Source: Salinivirgaceae bacterium (lineage in GTDB: Bacteria > Bacteroidota > Bacteroidia > Bacteroidales > SZUA-534). From it: 64,000 bases of DNA. The notes beneath the pieces are model-generated. The model worked only from the letters and a program-made list of their open reading frames with translations. It searched no databases and was not told the origin of the DNA. Below, one piece after another: positions 9,536-21,100 of this stretch. Made by a program: the position numbers and the translations under genes. The stretch is taken from positions 791 to 64,790 of the forward strand of contig JAFYYJ010000109.1 in assembly GCA_017557605.1 (NCBI GenBank). The letters are read 5' to 3'. Position 1 is the stretch's first letter, and every line of letters starts with the position of its first letter.

Positions 9536-10456
9536 TCAGTCTGTGTTTGAGTTTTGAACGGCTTTGATGAAAATATCATTCATGCTTGGCAGCACATCGC
9601 TGAATTGTGTTATCTGCACCTCGGGCAGCAATGTTTGCAGCAGTTGGTTGTAGGTGAATCCAGGCTTCAACTCGCCGCTGATGTGGCCGATGCCGCCATG
9701 TTCGTGTTCTTTGACGCTGGCCATTGGCTCAATAAGTTTCTCTATTTTCTCGGCATCGCCTATATAACTCAGTTCGAACAGGTTAAGTTTGAATTGCTGG
9801 CGGATGTCGCCAACAGTGCCGTCAAGTATTTTTTTCGATTTGTTTATTAAAGCGATGTTGTCGCAAATCTCTTCAACCGAGGCCATGTTGTGCGTTGAGA
9901 AAATGATTGTCGCACCATTTTTCTTCAACTCTAAAATCTCTTGTTTCAGTAAGTTGGCGTTTATCGGGTCGAATCCGCTGAACGGTTCGTCGAAGATGAG
10001 CAGTTCGGGTTCGTGCAGCACTGTGGTTATGAATTGCACCTTCTGTTGCATTCCTTTCGATAGCTCCTCAACGGTGCGGTTCCACCATTCGCCAATTTCA
10101 AATTTCTCGAACCACACCTTCAGTCTGCGTTTGGCGTCAGCTTTCGAAAGCCCTTTCAATTGAGCCAGATAAACGGCTTGCTCGCCTACTTTCATCTTCT
10201 TGTAAAGGCCGCGTTCCTCGGGCATATAGCCTATGTGTGCTATATCGTCGGGTTGCAGGTTGTGTCCTTTGAAAACCACGGTTCCGCTGTCGGGAGCGGT
10301 TATCTGATTTATGATGCGGATAAGCGTTGTCTTGCCTGCGCCGTTGGGGCCCAGCAGTCCGAAAATAATGCCTTCCGGAATTTTCAGGCTCACACTGTCG
10401 AGCGCCGTGTGGTCGCCATAGCGTTTGCAGACTTCGTTGGTTTCGAGTATGTTCAT
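9536..10456 (-). CDS. ABC transporter ATP-binding protein
   Basis: Walker A GLLGPNGAGKTT, signature LSKGMQQKV and Walker B LLIFDEPFSGFD. Confidence 0.92.
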   Translation of the reverse strand: MNILETNEVCKRYGDHTALDSVSLKIPEGIIFGLLGPNGAGKTTLIRIINQITAPDSGTVVFKGHNLQPDDIAHIGYMPEERGLYKKMKVGEQAVYLAQLKGLSKADAKRRLKVWFEKFEIGEWWNRTVEELSKGMQQKVQFITTVLHEPELLIFDEPFSGFDPINANLLKQEILELKKNGATIIFSTHNMASVEEICDNIALINKSKKILDGTVGDIRQQFKLNLFELSYIGDAEKIEKLIEPMASVKEHEHGGIGHISGELKPGFTYNQLLQTLLPEVQITQFSDVLPSMNDIFIKAVQNSNTD

Positions 10457-10495
10457 ATAGTGATTAAATGATTAATTGACTGATAGATTGATATT

Positions 10496-11947
10496 TTAGT
10501 TAGTGCTTTCATACTCATCCATAATCGCTTCAAACAGCATCTGTGCCACACGGTGACCGCCCTCACGGTTGAAGTGGGTGTAGTCTTTCTGTGCCAAATG
10601 GTTGTCAACCCAGACGGGCATGCTGTTGTAGCCGCCCATAGCCTCATACAGATTCCAGAACGCGCAACCTTCGGCAAAAGCTGCATTTCGCTGTGCCTCA
10701 ATTACTTTTCTAACTGACTGGCGCGTCACGTAACCATTGGTGCCTTTCTCCGACATGTCGCTTACGCCAACTATCAGGATATCAGCTTTCGGCCAAACTT
10801 TTTTCAAATATCGCAACTGTTTGCACAAGTTCTCTTCGTAATATTTGTAGCTGCGCGAATTGTTGGCCACGGCATTCACACCAAACTCGTAAATTATCAG
10901 ACCTACAGGCAGATAGTGCCCCATTTGTTTCATTTGTGCAAGGTCGAGTTTGACGAACTCGGTGCCTTTGCTGCCGCGGAAAGGCAAGTTATCGACGGCG
11001 ACACCGGTTGGTGAGTCAAGTGTAATTGCATAGATGTCAGGACTTTGCTCGCCTTCTATTTCGATGCGGAAATGTTTGGGCACCTCGTCGAAAGTCCAGC
11101 GGAGCAGTTTGGTGTCAGTTGTCGGCTCAATCTCTTCAAACCACTTTAAATTGCTATCAACGTAGCCTTTAACTATAAAGTCGCTGTTGGCTTCACCATA
11201 AAAAATGTTGCATTGCGTAAAGTTGCGCACTGAGCGGTAGGCACGTCCCGACTCGGCAAACTCAATCCATGCCGACGGCGCGTTGAACCGGCCTAGATAG
11301 CCCATTATTCCGAATCGGGCGTTATGTACCGAGGTGTCTTTCTTGTTGTAGATTGAGTGCTGGTGCCAGTTGGCTGACGCTGTGTGCACTATGGCCGATG
11401 ATTTTGCAAGCGGCGGAATGGCAGGCTGCAGGCCCGGTCCGCTACCGCCAAAACGTTTCTGCAACAGGTTGCGCAGATAGCCAGTTATGCGGTCACCTTC
11501 AATCTGGCTGTCGCCGTAGTGAAGTATGCGCACCTTGCTTTGCCCGCAATTGCTCAGGCGGCTGAAGAACGAAGCAAAGTGGTCGCTATCGTCAGGAAAC
11601 TCAATGCGTTGTATGTTTTTACGCACTTCCTTTTTTGCAGTTTTCACGGGTGCGTAGGTTTTCTTTTCGGGTTTGGGCAGAGTGTCCTCAACAATTGTAT
11701 CCGCAATCGGCTCTGTAATTGTATCTTCTTTAATTTCAGCAAATTGATTGATTATGCTGTCAATTTTGGCAGCTTGCGCCACTTCGGCGACTTGCGTGGT
11801 GTCATGTTTGAATGTCGGAAGACTCAGGTGAAACCTTAGGCGCAGACTGTCGCTTAGTGCGATGCCGTTCTCAGGGAACAATAGCGCCGCGCAGACGGCT
11901 ATGGCAGCCGTTATAAGCAAAAAAATCAGTATGCGTTGAGGTTTCAA
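10496..11947 (-). CDS. SGNH/GDSL-type hydrolase, membrane anchored
   Basis: N-terminal TM anchor and block I ILHYGDSQIEG. The only available start is the TTG at 11945-11947, 3 nt after the upstream stop. Confidence 0.6.
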   Translation of the reverse strand: MKPQRILIFLLITAAIAVCAALLFPENGIALSDSLRLRFHLSLPTFKHDTTQVAEVAQAAKIDSIINQFAEIKEDTITEPIADTIVEDTLPKPEKKTYAPVKTAKKEVRKNIQRIEFPDDSDHFASFFSRLSNCGQSKVRILHYGDSQIEGDRITGYLRNLLQKRFGGSGPGLQPAIPPLAKSSAIVHTASANWHQHSIYNKKDTSVHNARFGIMGYLGRFNAPSAWIEFAESGRAYRSVRNFTQCNIFYGEANSDFIVKGYVDSNLKWFEEIEPTTDTKLLRWTFDEVPKHFRIEIEGEQSPDIYAITLDSPTGVAVDNLPFRGSKGTEFVKLDLAQMKQMGHYLPVGLIIYEFGVNAVANNSRSYKYYEENLCKQLRYLKKVWPKADILIVGVSDMSEKGTNGYVTRQSVRKVIEAQRNAAFAEGCAFWNLYEAMGGYNSMPVWVDNHLAQKDYTHFNREGGHRVAQMLFEAIMDEYESTN

Positions 11948-11950
11948 TAT

Positions 11951-13552
11951 CTATCGTTTTATTTTCAGTTTCTGTCCAATGTCAATCCGCGACGAGCTGA
12001 GGCCGTTCCAAAGTTTTATTTCTTCCTCCGTTACGTTGAACGTGCGAGCAATCTCCCAAAGCGAGTCACCGCGGCGCACAGTGTAAATCTCAAAACTGCC
12101 GTCGGCTTGTGAATCAGCGGTTTGTGTTTGAGGTTGTGCTTGCGTCTGTGTTTTTTTACCCACCGAAGCCTGTTTCTCTGCAAATGTCATTGTGTTGATT
12201 TTTGAGTATTTTGCAGCTTTCGATTTAGGAACATAGATTACAAGTTTCTGTCCTCCGCGTATGGTGTTGCGGCTCATGCCGTTCCAATATTTGATGTCCG
12301 ACACGCGCACGTTGTACCAACTTGAGATGTAGCCCAGATTGTCGCCCGACTTCACCGTGTAGGTAAGTTTTGTGTAGTCGCCTTTGGGCGGACCAGGTAT
12401 GTAGGTGTTGTATTCGGGTTTTTTGTTCATCGTTTCGGCATTGAAATATTGTTCCTTACGGAAATTCGATATCGAATCTTGAAGCTCGATGAATCTTGAC
12501 ACATGCTCCACAGGCAACCGCAGCGCATATGGCCTGATGTGTCCGGGCACAATGTCGTGGCGGTACTGCGGATTGAGGCTGCGCAGCTGGTCAACCGGCA
12601 AGCCCATAATCAAACTAATCTGTTGAAAGTGAATATCTTTACGCACCATTACCGTGTCGCATTTTATCGGCATTTTGGTTTCGGCAGGTGTCAGATTATG
12701 CTCTTTGTAGTAATTCATTATGTATGAGGCGGCTATGAATGCCGGCACATATCCGCGCGTCTCGCGGGGCAGGTGGTAGTAGATGTCCCAGTAGTTGCGT
12801 TTTCCGCCGCTGCGTTTTATGGCTTTGTTCACATTGCCCGGGCCGCAGTTGTAGGCCGCAATCACTAGAATCCAGTCGTGATAGGTGCGGTACATGTCGG
12901 CCATGAAGTTGGCGGCGGCGTAGGTCGATTTCACAGGGTCGCGGCGCTCGTCAACAAGGCTGTTGCACTCCAGTTTGTACATGCGGCCGGTGCTGAACAT
13001 GAACTGCCAAAGACCGGTTGCGCCAACACGCGACACAGCTACGGGGTTCAATGCCGACTCAATCACAGCCAGATATTTCAACTCCGTAGGCATGCCTTTC
13101 GAGTCGAAAATATCCTCAAAAATCGGGAAATAGTAGTCGTCAACGCTCAGCATCCGTTCAACCAGTTCGCGCCGCTGGTGTGCGTACAGATGAATGAAGT
13201 TGCGCACAATGTTGTTGTACGACAGCTCAACCTCGAACGGCAGCTCAGCAAGGCGGCGGATGTAAACCGAGTCTGGAAAATCGGGGATTTGTACACTATC
13301 CGCCTGGTTGTCAGTTACAAGCAGAGCCGCATCGCCGGCTGGTTCCTGTTTGTCCAACCACATTTGCGACATGCTGTCAACCTGTTCCGAAACAATTATG
13401 TCAACCGAGTCGGAAACAGTCGGCCAATCGAAATCGGTGCTATCAACGACTTGTGAATCAAATATTTCAGTATTGCTTAAATCTGAGATAGTATCGGTAG
13501 TGTTTATTTGCAGCATCAAAGCTGCGCTTATGAATAGGATATTGTTAATCAT
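11951..13552 (-). CDS. lytic murein transglycosylase with two LysM domains (MltD-like)
   Basis: SLT core ESALNPVAVSRVGATGLWQFM plus AYNCGPGN, and two LysM repeats (YTVKSGDNLGYISSWYNV..., YTVRRGDSLWEIARTFNV...). Confidence 0.85.
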   Translation of the reverse strand: MINNILFISAALMLQINTTDTISDLSNTEIFDSQVVDSTDFDWPTVSDSVDIIVSEQVDSMSQMWLDKQEPAGDAALLVTDNQADSVQIPDFPDSVYIRRLAELPFEVELSYNNIVRNFIHLYAHQRRELVERMLSVDDYYFPIFEDIFDSKGMPTELKYLAVIESALNPVAVSRVGATGLWQFMFSTGRMYKLECNSLVDERRDPVKSTYAAANFMADMYRTYHDWILVIAAYNCGPGNVNKAIKRSGGKRNYWDIYYHLPRETRGYVPAFIAASYIMNYYKEHNLTPAETKMPIKCDTVMVRKDIHFQQISLIMGLPVDQLRSLNPQYRHDIVPGHIRPYALRLPVEHVSRFIELQDSISNFRKEQYFNAETMNKKPEYNTYIPGPPKGDYTKLTYTVKSGDNLGYISSWYNVRVSDIKYWNGMSRNTIRGGQKLVIYVPKSKAAKYSKINTMTFAEKQASVGKKTQTQAQPQTQTADSQADGSFEIYTVRRGDSLWEIARTFNVTEEEIKLWNGLSSSRIDIGQKLKIKR

Positions 13553-13570
13553 TGTTCTTTTTGTTGTGAA

Positions 13571-14149
13571 TCAAAAAGTTACAGTCAGTCGCATGCCAAG
13601 TGGCGTTTCGGTGCGGTCGCCGGTAATATCGCTATAGTCGGGCAAAATCATCGGTTCGCCACGTATCGACAGGTCTTTGTCGATAGTGAAATCGAAAAAG
13701 TGCGCGTCAACGTTGGCGTCAATAATTTGCAGCAGATAGAGAGCTCCGATGCCGATGATGCACATGTCGCGGTAGCGGCGCCACGAGTCCTTGAGCCGCA
13801 AGGTGTTTGAGGCGGGGTAGGCGCTTACGGTGTTCGGGTCGTCGTCGGTGGCCCATTTGTATTCCTGACGGTATTTTTTGTAAACGAAATTGTTATAGTT
13901 GGCGAAGTAAATCAGCCCGGTGAATCCACCATATATAATAGGTATCTTCCAGTATTTTTCATTGTAGAACTGCCCCAGTCCTGGCACAAGCGACGAGAAG
14001 AACGTTGCCTTGTGCGGCTTGTGCATGTCGAAATAAGTGCTGTCGGGATAGTCATAGCCGTCGACATACTGCGCTTTCGCTGATTTGGAATAACCAGCGA
14101 TGCTCAGCAGCAACGTGATGATTAATAACAACTTGCGTATGCAGTCCAC
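13571..14149 (-). CDS. DUF5683-like membrane protein
   Basis: 192 aa with a signal peptide. Its position directly after parB is typical of Bacteroidota. GTG start. Confidence 0.55.
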   Translation of the reverse strand: MDCIRKLLLIITLLLSIAGYSKSAKAQYVDGYDYPDSTYFDMHKPHKATFFSSLVPGLGQFYNEKYWKIPIIYGGFTGLIYFANYNNFVYKKYRQEYKWATDDDPNTVSAYPASNTLRLKDSWRRYRDMCIIGIGALYLLQIIDANVDAHFFDFTIDKDLSIRGEPMILPDYSDITGDRTETPLGMRLTVTF

Positions 14150-14158
14150 AATTTGTGC

Positions 14159-15064
14159 TTATATCGAATTAAGTTTGTCGAAAAGTCCGATGAGCCGCTC
14201 CAAATCCTGGTCGTTGGTGAACGGAATCACAATTTTTCCGTTGCCTTTGTCGGTGCGGCTGAATTTGACTTTCGACTTGAAGAAACCTTTCAGCTTGTCT
14301 TCCAATTCTTTGTAGGTGTCGTTTTCGGTCTTTTTCTTTTTGCTTTTCGGTTTGCCTGAGCCTTCCTTCATTTCGCGGGCAATATCTTCGGTGGCTCTAA
14401 CCGACAGCCCTTCGTTCAGTATGCGCTCGAAAAGGAATGTCTGGTCGTTCACATCGTCAACTGAGAGCAGCGCCTTGGCGTGTCCCATTGACAGCAGGCG
14501 GCGCTTCAGACCAAGTTTTATCTCGTCGGGCAGTTTTTGCAGTCGCAGGAAGTTGGTCACCGTTGAACGTTGTTTGCCCACGCGGTTGCCAAGATTCTCT
14601 TGCGTGTAGCCGCATTCCTCAATCATCCGTTGGTAGCTGTTCGAAATCTCGATTGGGTCGAGGTCTTCACGTTGGATGTTCTCAACCAAAGCAAGTTCGA
14701 GCATATCCTGGTCGTTGGCGGTGCGGATGTATGCCGGAATAGCTTTGAGTCCGGCCATACGCGATGCGCGGCAACGGCGCTCGCCCGATATTATCTGGTA
14801 ACGGCCATTGTCCATTTTGCGCAATGTAACTGGCGTTATTATGCCCAATTGCTTGATTGATTCGGCTAATCCGTTGAGTTCTTCTTCGTCGAATTCGGTT
14901 CGCGGTTGGAACGGGTTCACGTCAATTAAGTCGAGTTGAATCTCGTTAATTGCCGGATTGGCGAGGGTGTTGCCGCCTTTAAGCAGGGCGCTCAAGCCCT
15001 CGCCTTTTGTTACGCCTATATTGCTAAGGTTGCGGCCTAAGGCCGGTTTCTTTGGTGTTGCCAT
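14159..15064 (-). CDS. parB: chromosome partitioning protein ParB
   Basis: ParB box ISGERRCRASRMAG and an HTH region. The start overlaps the parA stop (TAATG). Confidence 0.92.
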   Translation of the reverse strand: MATPKKPALGRNLSNIGVTKGEGLSALLKGGNTLANPAINEIQLDLIDVNPFQPRTEFDEEELNGLAESIKQLGIITPVTLRKMDNGRYQIISGERRCRASRMAGLKAIPAYIRTANDQDMLELALVENIQREDLDPIEISNSYQRMIEECGYTQENLGNRVGKQRSTVTNFLRLQKLPDEIKLGLKRRLLSMGHAKALLSVDDVNDQTFLFERILNEGLSVRATEDIAREMKEGSGKPKSKKKKTENDTYKELEDKLKGFFKSKVKFSRTDKGNGKIVIPFTNDQDLERLIGLFDKLNSI

Positions 15065-15909
15065 TATTCAATAATTTTGTCTTCAGAATCAATTTGTGTC
15101 ATGTTGTTGCGTTGCAGAATCTCGCGCGCAAGGTTCAAGTAGTTGATTGAGCCAACCGATTGTGCATCGTACAAGACGTTTGGCAGGCCGTAGCTCTGCG
15201 ACTCGGTAATCTTCACGTTGCGGGCAATCATTGTTTCGAAAACCATATCCTCGAAATTGCGGCGCACCTCTTCAACCACTTGGTTTGCAATCTTCAGCCT
15301 ACTATCGTACATTGTGCAAAGGAATCCTTCAATTCGCAGGCTGGTGTTCAAACCTCGTTGAATCAGGCGGATTGTGTTAAGCAGTTTGCCTATGCCTTCG
15401 AGAGCGAAATATTCGCACTGAACCGGAATTATCACCGAGTCGGACGCTGTGAGCGAGTTGACGGTTAGCAATCCGAGTGATGGTGAGCAGTCGATGATGA
15501 TGAAATCGTATTTGTCTCGCAGTTTGTCAAGAGTGTATTTCATCACTTTCTCGCGGTCATCCCTATCAATCAATTCAATTTCGGCAGCTACAAGGTCGAT
15601 GTTTGATGGTAGTAAATACAAGTTCTTAATGTCAGGGTCGATACCTTTGTCTTTTAAATAGTCATTGTCTTTGAAAGTGACATTCAGAATTACATTTTCC
15701 GGATTCACTTCGTCGACAAGAGTCTCGTAAAGACCCACTTTAATGTTGTTCACGTCGAAACCGAACCCCGATGTGGCATTTCCTTGCGGGTCGGCGTCAA
15801 CCAGCAGAACTTTCTTTTCTAGCACTGCCAAGCTTGCTGCCAGATTGATTGATGTTGTGGTCTTGCCTACGCCGCCTTTCTGATTTGCAACTGCTATAAT
15901 CTTTGCCAT
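15064..15909 (-). CDS. parA: chromosome partitioning ATPase ParA/Soj
   Basis: Deviant Walker [12 protein letters not shown] and the overall Soj-like sequence. Confidence 0.92.
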   Translation of the reverse strand: MAKIIAVANQKGGVGKTTTSINLAASLAVLEKKVLLVDADPQGNATSGFGFDVNNIKVGLYETLVDEVNPENVILNVTFKDNDYLKDKGIDPDIKNLYLLPSNIDLVAAEIELIDRDDREKVMKYTLDKLRDKYDFIIIDCSPSLGLLTVNSLTASDSVIIPVQCEYFALEGIGKLLNTIRLIQRGLNTSLRIEGFLCTMYDSRLKIANQVVEEVRRNFEDMVFETMIARNVKITESQSYGLPNVLYDAQSVGSINYLNLAREILQRNNMTQIDSEDKIIE

Positions 15910-16058
15910 AGGAGATGTTTTTTTATGTTAGTGTTTTTATATCGATTTAAAAATCAATATTTTATAATATTATATTCTTTTGCGTTTGAACTCGCAATTT
16001 ACTTAAAATATCCATACCCGGCAGAGTAAAATATTAACAACCTCCGACATCTTGCCAC

Positions 16059-17249
16059 CTATTCCACGTACTGGTCTTTTTTGCTGCCTTCGTACACAGT
16101 GTATTTGCGGAACGAGCATTTGAGCGCGCCGTTGTACAGTTGTATTTTCTTTTCGGGGTGAAGTCCGACAAAATTCATCACATCAGCGTTGCTGCCAATC
16201 ATCCACACCTCGAATCCTTTGAAATCAAGTTTCAGTTTGTCGCCTATTTTCTGGTAGAAGACTTTCAGATTGTCGAGTTGCAGACGTTCGCCGTAGGGAG
16301 GGTTGGTGATTATGGTGCCCGATGCTGTGGCGGGTCTCATGTTGAAGAAGTTCTGCACTTTGACGTTTATCTTCTTGTTGAGGAATGCGGCGGCGATGTT
16401 GGCCTCGGTTGCCTGTACGGCTTTAGCCGATAAGTCGCTGCCTGAAATGGTGTATTTGAATTCCGGCACTTCGGGCGAGTTGTCGGCAATGTCGGCAAAC
16501 AGGTCGGGGTCAAAGTCTCGCCATTTCTCAAAGGCGAACTGGCTTCGGAAAGTGCCCGGGGCTATTCCGTAGGCAATCATTGCAGCCTCTATGAGCAGTG
16601 TTCCCGAGCCGCACATGGGGTCGATGAAGTCGGATTTGGCGTTCCAGCCCGACATCAGAATCATGCCGGCGGCAAGCACCTCGTTAAGCGGCGCCTTTAC
16701 GGTGGCCTGGCGGTAGCCGCGTTTGTAGAGCGACTCGCCCGAGCTGTTGAGCAGCACCGTAACGTGTGTTTGCGCTATGTGAATCTCGATGCGTAGGTCG
16801 GGGTTCTCGGTGTTCACATCGGGGCGTTTGCCAAAGCGGCGGCGGAACTGGTCGGCAATGGCGTCTTTGGCTTTTTGCGTGGCGTACAACGAGTTTGTGA
16901 ATATGTTCGATTGTGTTGTGACCGTTATGGCAAAAGTCTCATTAAGTGACAGATAATCGCTCCAATTGATGCGGCCTATCTCTTTATAATAGGTGTCATC
17001 GTCTTTCGCTTTGAACTCGGCTATCGGTTTTAGAATGCACAAGGCGGTGCGCACGTAGTAGTTGGCTTTGTACATCATGGCTTTGTCGCCTTCAAACGAT
17101 ATTGCACGAATCAGTTTCTTGACATTCTGCGCACCGAGTGCGGTAAGTTCGTTGGCCAGCACATCCTCAAGTCCGGCAAAGGTCTTGGCTATCATCTGAA
17201 AATGCCCGGGTTTGCGCTCCGGTTCCGAATAGTTTTTCCTGTCTCTCAT
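16059..17249 (-). CDS. THUMP domain-containing class I SAM-dependent RNA methyltransferase
   Basis: NPPYGERL catalytic motif, SAM pocket DPMCGSGTLLIEA and an N-terminal THUMP-like region. The start is uncertain: ATG at 17249, ATG at 17195, or the track's TTG at 17270. Confidence 0.8.
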   Translation of the reverse strand: MRDRKNYSEPERKPGHFQMIAKTFAGLEDVLANELTALGAQNVKKLIRAISFEGDKAMMYKANYYVRTALCILKPIAEFKAKDDDTYYKEIGRINWSDYLSLNETFAITVTTQSNIFTNSLYATQKAKDAIADQFRRRFGKRPDVNTENPDLRIEIHIAQTHVTVLLNSSGESLYKRGYRQATVKAPLNEVLAAGMILMSGWNAKSDFIDPMCGSGTLLIEAAMIAYGIAPGTFRSQFAFEKWRDFDPDLFADIADNSPEVPEFKYTISGSDLSAKAVQATEANIAAAFLNKKINVKVQNFFNMRPATASGTIITNPPYGERLQLDNLKVFYQKIGDKLKLDFKGFEVWMIGSNADVMNFVGLHPEKKIQLYNGALKCSFRKYTVYEGSKKDQYVE

Positions 17250-17645
17250 ATATATTACATTGTATGGCAAAGCAACAAAAGCCCACGCATTTATGCAACT
17301 AAATTTTCGAACGCTCTGCGAATCAAAATCCGCATTTTGGTCGGTTTTTGAGTGAGGCTTTGCAAGTCGGGAATCGCAAAAAACTGATATTTGTCGGTAA
17401 TTATACTAACGCATATCATTCTGGTTTCGTGTATGTGCCATTTGTGCTCTTGTGTAAAAATTTAATGTTGGCAACGTTTGCGCGCTTCATATCTTTCTGA
17501 TAAACAAAAGCATGGAAATCGGTTAAAGTGGCGGTGTATTTATTATATATAAAATATGGTAGTGAAATCGGAACGTTTGGAAAGGCGCTGCGTACTTTTG
17601 ACGCGGTTAAATGTATTTAAACAACTATTAAAAAAAACAAATGTT

Positions 17646-18149
17646 ATGCGAAGGATTTCGTTACTACTGTTGGGTTTGCTGCTCTGCATAGGGGCAAAGG
17701 CCCAAGACGAGAAGTTCAAGGCACTTTTTATGTACAACTTCACAAAGTACATTGAGTATCCGGCTTCGAAACAGGCTGGTAACTTTGTGATTGCTGTTGT
17801 TGGCGATTCGCCGATTATCAGCGAGTTACAGACAATAGCCGAGAAGAAAACCGTTGGTCAGCAGAAAATCGAGGTGAAAAAGATTGCCGCTACCGACGAT
17901 GTTACCAAGTACCACATTGTGTTTGTGCCCGAGAGCAAATCGGCCTCGGCTGCCGACATTGCCAGCAAAATTGTGGGCAAAGGCGTGGTGCTTATCACCG
18001 ACAAACCCGGACTGGGCAAGACTACGTCAGGCATCAACTATGTGTCGGCCGGTGGAAAACAGTCGTTTGAGGTGAATCAGAACCGTTTGAAGGAACACGG
18101 TGTAAATGTGGCCACAGCATTGGTTACACTGGGTAAAGCTGTCGAATAA
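17646..18149 (+). CDS. YfiR-like (DUF4154) periplasmic protein, copy 1
   Basis: Signal peptide MRRISLLLLGLLLCIGAKAQ followed by KFKALFMYNFTKYIEYP, typical of DUF4154. I moved the start to the ATG at 17646. Confidence 0.7.
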   Translation: MRRISLLLLGLLLCIGAKAQDEKFKALFMYNFTKYIEYPASKQAGNFVIAVVGDSPIISELQTIAEKKTVGQQKIEVKKIAATDDVTKYHIVFVPESKSASAADIASKIVGKGVVLITDKPGLGKTTSGINYVSAGGKQSFEVNQNRLKEHGVNVATALVTLGKAVE

Positions 18150-18167
18150 TAAACTAATCTAATAAAA

Positions 18168-21100
18168 ATGAAAAAATATATTCTTGGCTTGCTGCTGCTG
18201 GTTTTTGCAGGCTATACCACCTTTGCGCAGCAAGACGTTTCGAAAATGACAAAAGATGACATTATGCAGCTGTCGTACGACGACCTGCTTTCAATGCCTT
18301 TCGAAGACCTGCTCACCTTGGCCAACAAGCTCGGAGTTTCGACCGACGACTTGTTTGCAATGATTATGAACAAGACAGTGGCTTCGGCCTCTAAGAAAGA
18401 TGAGGATTCGTTCAAATCGCCGCTGGCTTCAACCGTTATCACTAAAGCTGAAATCCGCTCTTACGGCATCACCTCAATCGAGGAGGCTCTGCGCCTTGTG
18501 CCGGGCATGATTGTTCAGGAGAAAACCAACGGTTTGTACGATGTGCACATCCGCGGTTTGAACAATATCCCTGACAACCAGATGATGATTTACACCGAGA
18601 ACGCCAACACTCTGCTTATGATTGACGGCCGTATTGCCCACAACTACGCAACCGGCGATGTCAACTTCGAGATTCTGCCAATCGGCGTTGAGGATATCGA
18701 GCGTATTGAGGTTGTGCGTGGCGCCAATGCCGCTCTCTATGGACCTAACGCGCTGAACGGTGTTATCAATATCATCACCGAAAAAACCACTGAGAACTCG
18801 AAGGAGCTGCAAGGCAGCCTGACAATGGGTACTCACGAAAACTATGTCGGTGATGTGGCTTACCGCAAAAACATCAACAAGAAGTTGAGCGTAGGCTTGA
18901 CAGCCAACCTTCAATACCGTCGCCGCAACACAAACCAACTCTATGTTTATCCGACTCAAGGATTGTATCATAAAAATAATAGTGGTATGGTTGATGCATC
19001 GGAAGGCGGATATTATAAGACAACCGACATCGAGAACTTGAAGCAAGCCTTCACGTTTGGTGCCATAGCCGGATATCTTCCTGATGAATTCAAGGCAGAC
19101 ATTCTTGCCATTCAAATGACGAAGGCCACTAATGACCCGGAAGGATTTAAAGCTACTTACGGCACTGATGCTCCGTCAGCTGCAACTGTAGGAGCTTTCC
19201 TTACAGGTTTGGCTCAGAGTATGCCTGTCGGCTTCTATGAAGCAATGGAGCACGAGCTTGACATTGCCGATATGTTCGACGATCCTGGAATGTCGCGTAA
19301 GACTTACGGCTTCAACTCTTATCTGTCGTATCGTCCGGCTGATGACATTACTTTCGACCTGTCGTTAGGATACCAGCAGTCGCGCGCCAACGTCAATCCG
19401 GTTGGTGAGCTGCCGTTTGCTTTATGCGAGCGCATATTTAAAACAGGTTATGTCAATCTTGACGCCAATATCAAGGGACTGAGCATGAATGTCAACTATA
19501 TGGGTGGTCCGCAGGATTATATGGTGGGTGCTCCCGGATTCAAAATCTACGCTCACAACTTCCAGGCCAGCGCCGAGTACGACATCAAGATTGGCGATGT
19601 TCTGAATGTTGTGCCGGGTGTGGCTTACAACTATGTCAACTTCAAGGACTACATTCCTGATTTCACAAACCCGAGCGACCCGAACGATTACTCATGGTCA
19701 TATAACGACCATGACTACGTATCGCCCAACGGCCGTCACCTGACTGGTTATTTCAACGGACAAACGGCTGAGTTGAAAGACTTTGCACCGAGCTTGCGTG
19801 CCGATTTCCATGTTGGAGGTTTCCGCGCAATTGCAGCTGCACGTTTCGATAAGACAAACATTCCCGACAAATGGAACCCCTCGTATCAAGTTGGTGCCAA
19901 CTATCTGATTAACGACAACAATATTATCCGTGCATCGTACAGCACAGCTATGCGTTCTGCATGCTTTGTTAACTCTAACACCCGTTATACTTGGCATCGC
20001 GACGGTTTGATGCCGCCTGACACAATCTACTTCCAATACGATGAGAACGCTCCGTTGGCTAAAATCAACAATGTTGAGTTGGGTTACCGTTGGCGTCCTA
20101 CCGACAAGATTCTTATCGATGCTGAGGCTTACTATTCTGTAAGTGAGGACTTCGGTGCACTTAGAGCTAACAATTCATCGGTTATCATGCCTTATAACGA
20201 GTTGTATGATTTTATGACAAAACCGGCAAATTTGGGCGGTTTGCAGTCTATCACCGAAGGAGATTTGAATTTGAACGTGCTTACGGAATTCATGAATCAC
20301 ACAAGCGTTGTTACAACAATCAAATATGGCGAGCTGCCTTATAAGGTGAAACAAATGGGCTTTGGTGTGAATATCGACTGGATTATATCTCCGAAACTTA
20401 TCGCCAAAGTGAACGCCAACATCCAGCAGACCAAAATCGACAACTACTATGCTTACAACCAGAACGCTGAGGTTCTTGGACAGCTTGGTCAGGTTTTCCG
20501 AATGATTACTAAAGTGCCTAACATGGCATATGATATACAAACAGGTCCTATCAACGAACTGATGGCCAGTGGCACTTTCACTCAGGAGCAATTGATGAGA
20601 GTTTTGGGAGCTGCAGTTGATGGTGAGGGTAATCCTATTCCGGTAGACCCGAATTCTGCGGATTTCAAAACTTATTTCGAAGTGTATAAAAAGTATTTGG
20701 CTCGCTCAATGAGCAGTGTTGACCAGGACAAAGTCAGCAAACTTGCGGCAGATTATGCTGCATGCGATGTAAGTAAAGGAGAGGACACAACATTCCTTAA
20801 TAATCTGATGGCCAGCCCCGACGATACTGAATATGCCGCATACTTCGCTCTCAAGTATGGTGTGTACAACGATAACGGCACATTCTTCTTCGGAAACGCT
20901 CAGCAATATGAGCCGAAAACAAAGAATGGTGTTAAGCATAAGGCAACACCAAGTGTTTACGGTATGATTGGTCTCATCTACAAGCCAACACCGAAAATTG
21001 ACATCGCAGTTTACGGCAACTACATTGGCAAGCGTACCTACGCAACCAAATACAGCACCGAGGAGCTTGACGACCGCTTCACTGTCAGCATGAAACTTGG

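Noticed and set aside
12878-13456. 192-aa plus-strand ORF inside the lytic transglycosylase gene.
   Set aside because: It is antisense to a gene with clear SLT and LysM motifs and has no recognisable domain. This is the typical shadow ORF of a GC-balanced gene.
15064-15909. ParA is about 25-30 aa longer than typical Soj, with an internal insertion (…[32 protein letters not shown]…) and a C-terminal tail.
   Set aside because: Length variation of this kind is common among ParA orthologs. There is nothing in the sequence to suggest a new function.
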